Shown here: in pieces, positions 48,308 through 57,963 of the stretch | Layout: every line of letters starts with the position of its first letter | Numbering within the stretch: the first letter of the stretch is position 1 | Origin: Candidatus Nomurabacteria bacterium | Lineage (GTDB): Bacteria; Patescibacteriota; Minisyncoccia; Phycocordibacterales; UBA9973 | Direction: 5' to 3' | Assembly (NCBI GenBank): GCA_943350875.1 | Contig: CALRAL010000001.1 | Coordinates: 68,992-132,991, forward strand | Length of the DNA stretch: 64,000 nt | The notes under the pieces: model-generated | Databases searched by the model: none | Told to the model about the DNA's origin: nothing | Seen by the model: only the letters and a program-made list of their open reading frames with translations | Translations under genes and position numbers: made by a program

Positions 48308-48529
48308 ATGATAGATAAAAAGGAAGATAAAAATTTGGTAGTTAAAGGGCAGATCACTGAAGCTCTGCCTAGCACTTTGTTTAGGGTGAAGATAGACGAC
48401 GGAGATGAGATTTTAGCTTATCTCTCAGGTAAAATGAGAATGCATAGAATCAAAGTTTTGATAGGTGATACTGTCGAGGTAGTGCTTGACCAATATGGTG
48501 GAAAAGGGAGAATTTCTAAAAGGTTGTAA
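48308..48529 (+). CDS. infA: Translation initiation factor IF-1
   Basis: S1-like OB fold. Confidence 0.9.
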   Translation: MIDKKEDKNLVVKGQITEALPSTLFRVKIDDGDEILAYLSGKMRMHRIKVLIGDTVEVVLDQYGGKGRISKRL

Positions 48530-48631
48530 TTTTTTATAAAATAGTGTATTATGATTATTAAGTTTTAAAAGGAATTATATTATTATGAAATAAGGGTATT
48601 TATCCTTGTTTTTGTTTGTTTTTGCGAATTT

Positions 48632-48742
48632 ATGAAGATAAAGGCAACAGTTAAGAAAATTTGTGATAATTGTAAAATGGTAAAACGCAAAAGACATTTG
48701 CATGTTGTTTGCTCTAACCCAAAGCACAAACAGAAACAATAA
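48632..48742 (+). CDS. rpmJ: 50S ribosomal protein L36
   Basis: [36 protein letters not shown]; below the ORF-track length cutoff, found by reading. Confidence 0.85.
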   Translation: MKIKATVKKICDNCKMVKRKRHLHVVCSNPKHKQKQ

Positions 48743-48745
48743 TTT

Positions 48746-49126
48746 ATGAGAATTCTAGGAATTACAGTACCAAATGAAAAGAGATTAGAAATAGGACTCA
48801 CTTGTCTATATGGTATTGGTATTTCTTCTGCTAGGAGGATTTTGAAACAAGTTGGAATGGACAATGGTAAAAAGGCTAAAGACCTGACCCCAGATGAGGA
48901 GAACAAAATCAGAGCTATTATTGAAAGTATGAAAATAGAAGGTAATTTAAAAAGAGAAGTTTCTGCCAATATTAAAAGATTGAAAGATATAAAGACATAC
49001 AGAGGTACAAGACATATGAAGAGATTACCTTCACGTGGTCAGAGAACAAAAACGAACTCTCGCACAGTGAGGGGTAATGTCAGAAATACAATGGCATCTG
49101 GTAAGAGAAAAGAGAGTAAGACATAA
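48746..49126 (+). CDS. rpsM: 30S ribosomal protein S13
   Basis: MRILGITVPNEKRLEIGLTCLYGIG. Confidence 0.93.
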   Translation: MRILGITVPNEKRLEIGLTCLYGIGISSARRILKQVGMDNGKKAKDLTPDEENKIRAIIESMKIEGNLKREVSANIKRLKDIKTYRGTRHMKRLPSRGQRTKTNSRTVRGNVRNTMASGKRKESKT

Positions 49127-49137
49127 AAATAATTAAA

Positions 49138-49575
49138 ATGCCAAAAGCAAAAATTACAAATGAAAAAAAGGAAGTAGTTGAGGGAGAAAAGGATGTAAAA
49201 GCAACTACTACAAAAACACCAAAGAAAAAAGTGACTGCTGGTATTTTGTATATTGATGCAACCTTTAATAACACTAAAGTTCTTTTTGCGGACAAACTAG
49301 GTAATACATTATTTTGGTCTAGTGCTGGGTCTTTAGGATTCAAAGGTGCTAAAAAGGGTACACCATTTGCCGCTTCAAAAGTGGGAGATGTTATTGGAGA
49401 TAAAGCAGCCTCACTCGGGGTAAAAGAATCAGATGTTGTTGTTTGTGGTGTTGGTTCTGGCCGTGAGCCAGCAATTCGTGCATTTATGGCATATGGTATA
49501 GATATAACTTCAATCAAGGATTCTACCCCAGTACCTCACAATGGTCCAAAACCAAAGAAACCAAGGAGAGTATAA
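49138..49575 (+). CDS. rpsK: 30S ribosomal protein S11
   Basis: GILYIDATFNNTKVLFADKLGNTLFWSSAGSLGFKGAKKGTPFAA. Confidence 0.93.
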   Translation: MPKAKITNEKKEVVEGEKDVKATTTKTPKKKVTAGILYIDATFNNTKVLFADKLGNTLFWSSAGSLGFKGAKKGTPFAASKVGDVIGDKAASLGVKESDVVVCGVGSGREPAIRAFMAYGIDITSIKDSTPVPHNGPKPKKPRRV

Positions 49576-49587
49576 TTTTAAAAATAT

Positions 49588-50193
49588 ATGTTAACAAAAC
49601 CAAAATTTAAAATTTGTAGGAGATTGGGCCCTGGAGTATATGATAAATGTCAAACTCCAAAGTTTTCTGCTACTTCAGGTAAAAACGCAGGCCCTGGAGC
49701 TAGCCGCCCAAAAGCATTGTCTGAATACGGAACCCAACTTATTGAGAAACAAAAGATTCGTTTTTCTTATGGTATTACTGAACGTCAACTTTCAAATTAT
49801 GTTAAAAAAGCTTCTATTGTCAAAGGTGCTGGTACAGCAGAGAGGTTTTATGAAGAGTTAGAGTCTCGTCTTGATAATGTTGTTTACCGTATGGGTCTCG
49901 CCCCAAGTCGACGTGCATCTCGTCAGATGGTTTCTCATGGACATTTTATAGTGAACGACCATAAAATAACAGTGCCTTCTTATGAAGTAAAAGTTGGTGA
50001 TATTGTAAAAATACGTGAAGGTTCAAAGATAAAGAAAATATTTGCAGGTTTGGCAGAGCGATTAAAAGATTATAATTCTCCAGCTTTTGTTTCGTTTGAT
50101 GTGACAAAAATGGAAGGTAAAATTTTAGATAAACCAAAGAACATAGAAACTTTCCTTGATTTAAATTTAGTGCTTGAATTTTATAGTCGTTAA
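49588..50193 (+). CDS. rpsD: 30S ribosomal protein S4
   Basis: RLDNVVYRMGLAPSRRASRQMVSHGHFIVN. Confidence 0.93.
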   Translation: MLTKPKFKICRRLGPGVYDKCQTPKFSATSGKNAGPGASRPKALSEYGTQLIEKQKIRFSYGITERQLSNYVKKASIVKGAGTAERFYEELESRLDNVVYRMGLAPSRRASRQMVSHGHFIVNDHKITVPSYEVKVGDIVKIREGSKIKKIFAGLAERLKDYNSPAFVSFDVTKMEGKILDKPKNIETFLDLNLVLEFYSR

Positions 50194-50239
50194 TTTTTGA
50201 AATTTTTATTATTAAAGTTTTATTTTTATAAAAAAACAT

Positions 50240-51214
50240 ATGCTTGAATATAAAATAATTATGCCTTCAAAGCCTCGTATTGTTAGCGAAGAAGGTAATA
50301 AAGGAGTATTTGAGATAGACGGGCTATATCCTGGTTATGGACATACGTTAGGAAATAGTTTAAGGAGGATAATCCTTTCTTCTTTGCCTGGTGCCAGCAT
50401 TACCTCTGTAAAGATAGATGGTGTGTCTCATGAATTTCAGACTATGGACGGTATAAAAGAAGATGTCATAACTGTCATCTTAAATCTTAAGAGGGCTCGT
50501 TTTAAAATGATCTCAGATGAACCTCAGACTTTGACACTCTCTGTAAAAGGTCCAAAAGAAGTTTTAGCTTCTGACATCAAAACAGGTGGGCAAGTAGAGA
50601 TATTGAATCCCGAGACATACATAGCTGAAGTCACAGGTAAGGTCAATTTAAATATTGAGTTAAAAATCGAAAAGGGTTTGGGTTTTGTTCCAAAAGAAAT
50701 TATGCAGAAAGAAAAAGTTGATATTGGGACTATTGCCGTCGATGCTATATTTACACCCATTCGTCGTGTGTCTTATGAAGTAGAAAATATGCGTGTTGGT
50801 GATAATACTAACCACAATCGCCTTCGTATATCTATTGAAACCGATGGCACAATGACTGCTAAAGATGCGCTTTCTCAATCTATTGTTATAATGATAAATC
50901 AATTGAAAGCCATTGTTGATTTTAAGGAACCAGAAGAAGTAAAGATTGAAAAGAAGTCCACAAAAGGTGGAGAGAAAGAGACAGAAGAAGATAAAAAAGG
51001 AGAAGATTTTACAGATGTACTAAAGACTCGTACTGACAGTTTAGATCTCTCTACTAGAACTTTAAATGCTCTTACAGCTGCAAATATTCGTACTTTAGGA
51101 GGTTTGGCTCGCAAGAGGAGAGAGGATTTGCTTGAAATAGAAGGCATTGGAGAAAAGGGTATTACAGAGATTAAAAAAGTTTTGAGTAAATCAGGTTTAA
51201 ATTTGAAAGAATAA
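50240..51214 (+). CDS. rpoA: DNA-directed RNA polymerase alpha subunit (start possibly ATG 50258)
   Basis: GHTLGNSLRRILLSSLPGA; C-terminal domain with LDLSTRTLNAL. Confidence 0.92.
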   Translation: MLEYKIIMPSKPRIVSEEGNKGVFEIDGLYPGYGHTLGNSLRRIILSSLPGASITSVKIDGVSHEFQTMDGIKEDVITVILNLKRARFKMISDEPQTLTLSVKGPKEVLASDIKTGGQVEILNPETYIAEVTGKVNLNIELKIEKGLGFVPKEIMQKEKVDIGTIAVDAIFTPIRRVSYEVENMRVGDNTNHNRLRISIETDGTMTAKDALSQSIVIMINQLKAIVDFKEPEEVKIEKKSTKGGEKETEEDKKGEDFTDVLKTRTDSLDLSTRTLNALTAANIRTLGGLARKRREDLLEIEGIGEKGITEIKKVLSKSGLNLKE

Positions 51215-51218
51215 TTAT

Positions 51219-51572
51219 ATGAGACATCATAATTCCAAAAGAAAATTCGGTAGAGTAAAGAATCTTAGAAATGCATTGGTGAATTCACTGGCACTCAATT
51301 TGATAGTGCGTGAAAAGATAAAGACTACATTACCAAAAGCTAAAGAACTTCGTCCTTTTATTGAGAAGTTAGTGACTTATGCAAAGAAGAACACTTTAGC
51401 TAGTCGTAGAGTTTTGATTTCTAAACTTTCAAATAGAGACAAAGAAACGAAAAAGCTTATGGAAGTCATAACTCCAAAATACATGGATAAAAAGGGTGGC
51501 TATACGAGGATATTAAAATTGGGTGCTAGGAAATCAGATGGCGCAGAGATGGCAGTTATAGAATTTGTATAA
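51219..51572 (+). CDS. rplQ: 50S ribosomal protein L17
   Basis: MRHHNSKRKFGR... Confidence 0.92.
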   Translation: MRHHNSKRKFGRVKNLRNALVNSLALNLIVREKIKTTLPKAKELRPFIEKLVTYAKKNTLASRRVLISKLSNRDKETKKLMEVITPKYMDKKGGYTRILKLGARKSDGAEMAVIEFV

Positions 51573-51599
51573 TTTTTAAAAATAATTTAGTATAACAGA

Positions 51600-51956
51600 A
51601 TGAAAACAATTGAACCCAAAATAATAGACGCAAAAGGAAAAACTCTCGGTAGGGTGGCTAGTGCTACAGCTGTGTCTTTGATGGGTAAGGACAAGGCTTC
51701 ATATGAGCGTCACACTTATACTTTTTCTCCAGTTAAAGTTTTAAATGTTTCAAAGATAAGCATCACACCAAAGAAGCTAGGAAGTATTTATCACACCAGA
51801 TATTCAGGTATTCCAGGCGGACTACGTGTGACCAAAGGTGCCGAGACAGCTCTCAAAAAAGGATTAAAAGAATTGTTAAGACTTTCAGTTTACAATATGC
51901 TTCCAGGAAATAAATTACGAAGAGAGATGATGAAACACTTAATAATAAATGATTAA
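51600..51956 (+). CDS. rplM: 50S ribosomal protein L13
   Basis: L13-family pattern; positioned immediately upstream of rpsI. Confidence 0.8.
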   Translation: MKTIEPKIIDAKGKTLGRVASATAVSLMGKDKASYERHTYTFSPVKVLNVSKISITPKKLGSIYHTRYSGIPGGLRVTKGAETALKKGLKELLRLSVYNMLPGNKLRREMMKHLIIND

Positions 51957-51960
51957 AATT

Positions 51961-51992
51961 TTCCGCCCAAGGCGGATCAGCCTAGGGCTGAA
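51961..51992 (+). repeat. Two-hairpin GC-rich motif, family D, second copy (CCGCC-CAA-GGCGG / CAGCC-TAG-GGCTG)
   Basis: ttccgcccaaggcggatcagcctagggctgaa between rplM and rpsI. Confidence 0.7.
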
Positions 51993-52014
51993 AAAATAGA
52001 AGATTAAAAATACT

Positions 52015-52443
52015 ATGGATAAAGAAAAAAAGACTATAAAAGAAAAATATGTTGAGGCAATAGGTAGAAGGAAAACTTCAACTGCTCGGGTGCGACTTTT
52101 TGAATCTACGAAGGCAAATTTCGTTGTTAATGGCATAGATGCGAAAGAGTATTTCAAGACCGAAGAAGAGAAACGTCTTATCCAAGATCCTATCATAAAG
52201 GGTCTGCCCACTAGTAAAGCAGGACTCAAGTGGAGTGTAGAAGTAAAGATCTCTGGTGGGGGGATTCACTCCCAAGCAGAAGCTGTCAGACACGGACTTT
52301 CTAGGGCTTTTGTATTATATGATGCAGAACTTCGTGGAAGTATGAAATCATTAGGCTATCTAAAACGTGACCCAAGATCAAAAGAACGAAGGAAATTCGG
52401 TCTCAAGAAAGCTCGCAAAGCGCCTAAATGGAGCAAACGCTAA
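52015..52443 (+). CDS. rpsI: 30S ribosomal protein S9
   Basis: GGGIHSQAEAVRHGLSRA ... KRDPRSKERRKFGLKKARKAPKWSKR. Confidence 0.93.
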   Translation: MDKEKKTIKEKYVEAIGRRKTSTARVRLFESTKANFVVNGIDAKEYFKTEEEKRLIQDPIIKGLPTSKAGLKWSVEVKISGGGIHSQAEAVRHGLSRAFVLYDAELRGSMKSLGYLKRDPRSKERRKFGLKKARKAPKWSKR

Positions 52444-52456
52444 TTGATTAGCGTTT
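52435..52456. terminator. Perfect 22-nt palindrome overlapping the rpsI stop (terminator or operator-like hairpin)
   Basis: AAACGCTAATTGATTAGCGTTT followed by gttgcggttt. Confidence 0.45.
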
Positions 52457-52599
52457 GTTGCGGTTTCGTGCAAGAGAAAATTTCCGGTGCGAACGTTTTT
52501 TTAACGTGAGCTGGGAATAGCGGGGGATGTGGTCTGACCACATAATCAACCTTTGCAAGTCTATTTTAGAAATTTTTTGTTTTATGTTATATTACTCAT

Positions 52600-53238
52600 A
52601 TGCAACAAGATGAACCTGCCCGCAATGCTTTCAGCACAGCTGATGCAGGCGGGGAAATTAAAAAAGAGGAACAATTACCCGAAGAAAGCCCAGATTCCGA
52701 GGTTGTAGAGTTTGAATTCAATGAAGACGGGGAAGAGGATCTGAAAAAGACTTTAAAGAAGCTTCGGGCTGATTTGAAGGCTTGTAAAGCTGAAAAGGCA
52801 GAGTATTTGACCGGCTGGCAGAAAGAGCGAGCTGATTTTGTTAATTATAAAAAAGAGGAAGACGACAGGAAAACCATGTTTTCAGAATCAGTACGAGAGC
52901 GAATGCTCACTCGCTTTTTAAATGTGATGGATAGCTTCAATATGGCATTCCAAAACAAAGAAGCTTGGGAAAAAGTAGATGAGAACTGGCGTAAAGGTGT
53001 AGAATATATTCACAGCCAGTTCAACACTGTTTTTGAAGAATATGGAGTAAAAGAGATAGGTGAAGTGGGGGAGAGTTTTGATCCAAATATTCACCAGCCG
53101 GTAGAAATGATAAAAACCGACCAGAAAGATTCTGATCACAAAGTGGCTGTAGTTATCCAGAAAGGGTATAAACTTGGCGAGCGTGTTATCCGTCCGGCGA
53201 GAGTGAATGTTTATGAATATCATGAACAAAGAGAATAA
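52600..53238 (+). CDS. grpE: Nucleotide exchange factor GrpE (the N-terminus is built from a family A repeat)
   Basis: GrpE coiled-coil plus C-terminal beta domain; N-terminus MQQDEPARNAFSTADAGGEI. Confidence 0.85.
   Translation: MQQDEPARNAFSTADAGGEIKKEEQLPEESPDSEVVEFEFNEDGEEDLKKTLKKLRADLKACKAEKAEYLTGWQKERADFVNYKKEEDDRKTMFSESVRERMLTRFLNVMDSFNMAFQNKEAWEKVDENWRKGVEYIHSQFNTVFEEYGVKEIGEVGESFDPNIHQPVEMIKTDQKDSDHKVAVVIQKGYKLGERVIRPARVNVYEYHEQRE
52615..52653 (+). repeat. Family A GC-rich palindromic element at the grpE 5' end
   Basis: cctgcccgcaatgctttcagcacagctgatgcaggcgggg. Confidence 0.8.
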
Positions 53239-54922
53239 AACTTGTCAAAACTGTAAAAAAGATTTCACAATAGAACCTGATGATTTTTCATTTTATGAAA
53301 AAATAAAAGTCCCTCCACCGACTTTTTGTCCAGAATGTAGATTTCAACGTAGGTATGCTTGGAGAAATGAAATTACACTCTATCGAAGACCATGTGATTT
53401 GTGTGGAAAAAGTTCTGTTACAATTTACTCTCCAAAAAAATCTTATAAAGTATATTGTCCTAATTGTTGGTGGGGGGATGGATGGGATGCGAAGGAATCT
53501 TTTCAAGATTTTGACTTTTCACGTCCGTTTTTTGAACAATTTCAAGAACTTCAATTTAAAATTCCAAGAATAGCTCTTTTAACCAAAAATAGTGTTAATT
53601 CAGAATACACTAATCATTCAGGGGATAATAAAAATTGTTATATGTGTGTTTCTACTTTTTATTCTGAAAATATAATGTACTCAAATAATATTTGGGAAAA
53701 AGGGCAGGATTTATGTGATTGTACAATGGTGATAAAAAATGGAGTTTTGTCTTACGAATGTATAGATTCTTCTGATATTTATAATTGTCAGTTTTGTATA
53801 CTTTTAAAAAATTGTACTGATTGTTTTTATTGCTATGACTTGCATAATTGTCAAAATTGTTTTTTATCTTTTAATTTAAGAAACAAAAATTATATGATTT
53901 TAAATCAACAATATTCTAAAGAAGAATATTTTAAGAAAATTAAAAATTTTAATCTAAATTCCAATAATTCAAGACAAAATCTTTATAAGCAATTTTTAGA
54001 TTTAATGAAAAATAAAGCATTGCATAAATTTGCTATTATTGAGAAATCGGTAAATTCTTTTGGAAATATGCTTTATAATTCAAAAAACGCTAATCAGGTT
54101 TTTGACTCAGACCATGTAGAAGATACCAAATACGGCATAATACTACCTGGTGTCCAAAATTCGATGGATGTTTGCCATGTTGGTTTTAATTGTGAACTTA
54201 CCTATGAAAGTCATGCTATTGTAAGATCATCTCGTGTTTTATTTTCTCATTTATCCTATGATAATAATGATATTCAGTATTGTGATTCGTGTCATTATAG
54301 TGATAATTTGTTTGGTTGTTGTGGAATAAAGAAAGGAAGTTATATGATTTTTAATAAAAAATATTCCAAAGAAGAATATCTAAAGTTAAAAGAAAAAATA
54401 ATTGAACACATGAAAAGAACAGGAGAGTATGGAAATTTCTTTCCACCCAAACTTTCACCATTTGGCTACAATGAAAGCCAAGCTCAAGTTTATTTACCAA
54501 TGGCAAAAGAAAAAGCTTTATCTTTTGGTTTTAATTGGGAAGATGATATGCCCGGAACCCACGGAAAAGAAACTACGGATTCAAAAAATATATCGGATAA
54601 TATTTTTGAAGTTTTAGATTCCATAACTAATGAAATATTAAAATGTGAAGATTGTGGTAAAAATTACAATATAATTCTAGCAGAATTACAATTTTATAAA
54701 AATGAAAATATTCCTATTCCACATTTTTGTTACAAATGTCGTTATAAAAAAAGAATAGCATTAAGATTACCAAGAAAACTTTGGCACAGGTCTTGTATGT
54801 GTGATAAAATTGGTCATTTTCATGGAGATGATAAATGCAATGTAGAATTTGAGACGAGTTATGCTCCAGAAAGGCCAGAAATAGTGTATTGTGAAAAATG
54901 TTATCAGCAAGAGATTTATTAA
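53207..54922 (+). CDS. Large Cys-rich protein with tandem zinc-ribbon pairs at both termini (paralog 2 of 3); the start probably lies at ATG 53213-53219 and overlaps the grpE stop
   Basis: CQNCKKDFTIEPDDFSFYEKIKVPPPTFCPECRFQRR...LYRRPCDLC...VYCPNCWWGDGWD. C-terminus CEDC...FYKNENIPIPHFCYKCR...YAPERPEIVYCEKCYQQEIY. Confidence 0.8.
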   Translation: MFMNIMNKENKTCQNCKKDFTIEPDDFSFYEKIKVPPPTFCPECRFQRRYAWRNEITLYRRPCDLCGKSSVTIYSPKKSYKVYCPNCWWGDGWDAKESFQDFDFSRPFFEQFQELQFKIPRIALLTKNSVNSEYTNHSGDNKNCYMCVSTFYSENIMYSNNIWEKGQDLCDCTMVIKNGVLSYECIDSSDIYNCQFCILLKNCTDCFYCYDLHNCQNCFLSFNLRNKNYMILNQQYSKEEYFKKIKNFNLNSNNSRQNLYKQFLDLMKNKALHKFAIIEKSVNSFGNMLYNSKNANQVFDSDHVEDTKYGIILPGVQNSMDVCHVGFNCELTYESHAIVRSSRVLFSHLSYDNNDIQYCDSCHYSDNLFGCCGIKKGSYMIFNKKYSKEEYLKLKEKIIEHMKRTGEYGNFFPPKLSPFGYNESQAQVYLPMAKEKALSFGFNWEDDMPGTHGKETTDSKNISDNIFEVLDSITNEILKCEDCGKNYNIILAELQFYKNENIPIPHFCYKCRYKKRIALRLPRKLWHRSCMCDKIGHFHGDDKCNVEFETSYAPERPEIVYCEKCYQQEIY

Positions 54923-55020
54923 CAACCTTGCAGAAGCAAGGCTTCTGCACAATGTTTACCACTTTTCTGAATAAGTGGTATAATAAATTTAAAGGTCGGG
55001 GTTAGTTCTACTCTAATTTT

Positions 55021-55326
55021 ATGGTATTTGTTTATACTACTTGTGTTGATAAAAACGAAGCAGAGACTCTAGGCAAGCTCATCATAGATAAAAAGTTGGG
55101 TGCGTGTGTTGATTATTGGCCAATTAACTCTATGTATAATTGGAAGGGGGCTTTGAGGCATTTGTCCCAAGTGATGCTTTCAATAGCTACTTTTGAGAAT
55201 CATTTGGAAGATGTAAATGATCTTATTTCCAAGCATCATAGTTATTCTGTGCCAATGATCGCTGGAGTGGATGTTCGCAGAATCAATCGCGCTTATCGGG
55301 AATGGATGATGGCTGAAGTTGTCTAG
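55021..55326 (+). CDS. cutA: Divalent-cation tolerance protein CutA
   Basis: MVFVYTTCVDKNEAETLGKLIIDKKLGACV... Confidence 0.7.
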   Translation: MVFVYTTCVDKNEAETLGKLIIDKKLGACVDYWPINSMYNWKGALRHLSQVMLSIATFENHLEDVNDLISKHHSYSVPMIAGVDVRRINRAYREWMMAEVV

Positions 55327-55333
55327 ATTATTT

Positions 55334-55870
55334 TTAATTTTTTATCGCTTCTAAAAAAGCGAGTCTAGTTTCTTCGTCTAATTTATCTGTAACTATTATC
55401 ATAAGTTCTGTAGTGAACCCCAAATCTTTTTTAATATTTATAAATAGATTTTCGTAAGGGTAAGGGGAGATCCAAGCAGAATTCTTTAAACATACAAAGC
55501 CAGCTTTTTTTAATAAATAACGAAGTGATTCACGTTCACTTTTTCTACTCTCTGGAATATCCAAAAGTATAATTCTCCAGAATCCGTCCCAGACAGTGTT
55601 CACTAGAGTAGTGTCATCTTCTAATTTCAAAGTATTTATTTTCTTTTTTCCTAGAGTTGTGAGGCGGGCATAGTTATTTTGCCCGGAATATGAGTTTTCC
55701 ACAAGTCCTGCCTCCCGGAGACTTTTTAAGGAGCGGGTAATAGCGTATCTAGCCCCCTCCTTGTTGAGGAGGGGGTTGGGGGTGGTGATTAGTTTTTCTT
55801 GCAATTCTGGCACAGAAACAGCTGTCTTTTCACCTAGTATTTTCAATATCTTTTTGGAATAGTTGCTCAT
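55334..55870 (-). CDS. PaaX-like winged-helix regulator (paralog of 2977-3522) carrying an in-frame GC hairpin insert
   Basis: WDGFWRIILLDIPESRKSERESLRYLLKKAGFVCLKNSAWISPYPY. Confidence 0.55.
   Translation of the reverse strand: MSNYSKKILKILGEKTAVSVPELQEKLITTPNPLLNKEGARYAITRSLKSLREAGLVENSYSGQNNYARLTTLGKKKINTLKLEDDTTLVNTVWDGFWRIILLDIPESRKSERESLRYLLKKAGFVCLKNSAWISPYPYENLFINIKKDLGFTTELMIIVTDKLDEETRLAFLEAIKN
55751..55786. repeat. Family C-like GC-rich hairpin inside the regulator CDS. It encodes TTPNPLLNKEG.
   Basis: CCCCCTCC-TTGTTGA-GGAGGGGG perfect hairpin followed by ttgggggtggtg. Confidence 0.7.
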
Positions 55871-55882
55871 TTGATTTGCTTG

Positions 55883-55937
55883 ACCCTATCGCTCGCGAGC
55901 GATAGGGTTGACATACTTACATCCTATCATATATACT
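55883..55937 (+). promoter_or_regulatory. dnaK promoter with a perfect 26-bp palindrome overlapping the -35 box
   Basis: ACCCTATCGCTCGCGAGCGATAGGGT then TTGACA-17-TATATA. Confidence 0.5.
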
Positions 55938-56042
55938 CTATTTGACAAGTATTTCGTGTTCGCGAAAAACTTGCAAAAGATTATAAGTAAGTATATACTA
56001 TGTAAAATTTAACAAAATTATAAGTTTAATAATTAAAAACAT

Positions 56043-57932
56043 ATGAAAATAATAGGTATAGATTTGGGTACAACAAATTCAGCTGTCGCTATCATAGAAG
56101 GAGGACAGCCAAAGATTATTGAGAATATAGAAGGGAACCGCACGACTCCTTCGGTTGTGGCTATCGCGAAAAATGGGGATAGATTAGTAGGGCTCCTTGC
56201 AAAAAGGCAAGCTGTGACGAATCCAGAAAATACTGTATATGGTATCAAGCGTTTTATGGGTCATAATTTTGATGATCCCGAAGTACAGAAAGATTTAAAG
56301 AATGCATCTTTCAAAGTTCAAAAATCAACTAATGGCGGAGTGGAAGTAAAAATAGGAGATAAGTGGATGCGTCCAGAAGAAATATCTGCGATGATTTTAG
56401 CGAAAATAAAAGCGGACGTAGAAGTTAAGACGGGAGAGAAGATCACTGAAGCAGTCATCACTGTGCCAGCGTATTTCAATGATGCTCAGAGAAAGGCTAC
56501 AAAAGACGCAGGACAAATAGCAGGACTCGATGTGAAGCGTATTATCAATGAGCCGACGGCTGCAGCACTTGCTTATGGTTTTAATAAAAAGAAAAATGAA
56601 AAGATAGTGGTGTATGACTTTGGAGGAGGCACATTTGACGTATCCGTGCTTGAAATAGGGGATGATGTTATAGAAGTAAAGTCCACAGATGGGGACAGTC
56701 ACCTCGGAGGTCGTGATATCGATCACAAGATCATAAATTGGATTGCGGAAGAATTCAAAAAGACTTCAGGAGTAGATGTACGTGGAGATAAACTTGCTCT
56801 TCAACGTCTTGATGAATCTGCAGAAAAAGCAAAAATAGAGCTTTCTACTGCCGTGGAAACTGAAATAAATATTCCATTTATTACTTCCACTCCACAAGGT
56901 CCTCAACACTTACTTTTGAAAATGACTCGAGCTCAACTTGAATCTCTTACTGATGAATATGTTTCTCGTTCCATAGAGATAACAAAGCGCGCGATGAGTG
57001 CTTCCGGTTTTAAAATGGAAGAAATGAATGAAATAATCATGGTTGGAGGTCAGACTAGAATGCCAAAGATCGTAGAAGAAGTGAAAAAGCTTTTTGGCAA
57101 GACTCCAAACCTTTCTATCAATCCCGATGAAGTCGTAGCTCTCGGTGCTGCGGTGCAAGCGGGAGTATTACAAGGAGATGTGCGCGACGTGCTTCTTCTT
57201 GATGTCATACCTCTTTCACTGGGGATAGAGACATTAGGAGGAGTGGCGACAAAGTTAGTTGAAAGAAATACAACTATTCCTTCTTCAAAATCCCAAGTAT
57301 TCTCAACTGCGGCTGACAATCAAACTTTGGTAGAAATACATATCGTCCAAGGTGAACGTCCTATGGCGTCTGACAACAAATCTCTCGGTAGATTTATTTT
57401 GGATGGAGTGCCACCTGCTCCTCGCGGTATTCCGCAAGTGGAAGTTTCTTTTGATGTGGATGCAAATGGTATCTTGAATGTGACTGCAAAGGATAAAGCT
57501 TCTGGTAAGACTCAATCTATTAAAATAGAGGCAAGTTCAGGATTAAAAGATGAGGATATTAAAAAGATGCAAGCAGATGCAGAAATACATGCTGAAGAAG
57601 ATAAAAAGAAAAGAGAAAATGTCGATATAAAAAACACTGCGGAGATGATCATGTACACAGCAGAAAAAGCTTTGAAAGATAATGATGCAAAAATTCCGGA
57701 AGATTTGAAGAAGACTGTAAATGATAAAATAACTGCTCTACGTGGTTTAAAAGATGGTTCAGACATAGAGGCTATTAAAAAGGCCACCGAAGAATTGTCT
57801 TCTGAAATGTCAAAAATCGGTGAAGCTATGGCAAAAGCTGGTGCTACTCCAGATGAAGGACCAGCTACTCCTCCTGAAGAACAACCAACTGAAGTCCGTG
57901 ATGCTGATTCCAAAGAAGAAGACAAGAAATAA
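56043..57932 (+). CDS. dnaK: Molecular chaperone DnaK (Hsp70)
   Basis: [36 protein letters not shown]... Confidence 0.95.
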   Translation: MKIIGIDLGTTNSAVAIIEGGQPKIIENIEGNRTTPSVVAIAKNGDRLVGLLAKRQAVTNPENTVYGIKRFMGHNFDDPEVQKDLKNASFKVQKSTNGGVEVKIGDKWMRPEEISAMILAKIKADVEVKTGEKITEAVITVPAYFNDAQRKATKDAGQIAGLDVKRIINEPTAAALAYGFNKKKNEKIVVYDFGGGTFDVSVLEIGDDVIEVKSTDGDSHLGGRDIDHKIINWIAEEFKKTSGVDVRGDKLALQRLDESAEKAKIELSTAVETEINIPFITSTPQGPQHLLLKMTRAQLESLTDEYVSRSIEITKRAMSASGFKMEEMNEIIMVGGQTRMPKIVEEVKKLFGKTPNLSINPDEVVALGAAVQAGVLQGDVRDVLLLDVIPLSLGIETLGGVATKLVERNTTIPSSKSQVFSTAADNQTLVEIHIVQGERPMASDNKSLGRFILDGVPPAPRGIPQVEVSFDVDANGILNVTAKDKASGKTQSIKIEASSGLKDEDIKKMQADAEIHAEEDKKKRENVDIKNTAEMIMYTAEKALKDNDAKIPEDLKKTVNDKITALRGLKDGSDIEAIKKATEELSSEMSKIGEAMAKAGATPDEGPATPPEEQPTEVRDADSKEEDKK

Positions 57933-57963
57933 AATATTAAAATATGATAAAATGTAAAGTAAT

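Noticed and set aside
52444-52599. CIRCE/HrcA operator upstream of grpE
   Set aside because: No match to TTAGCACTC-N9-GAGTGCTAA. The TTAGC-containing palindrome at the rpsI stop differs in arm sequence and spacing.
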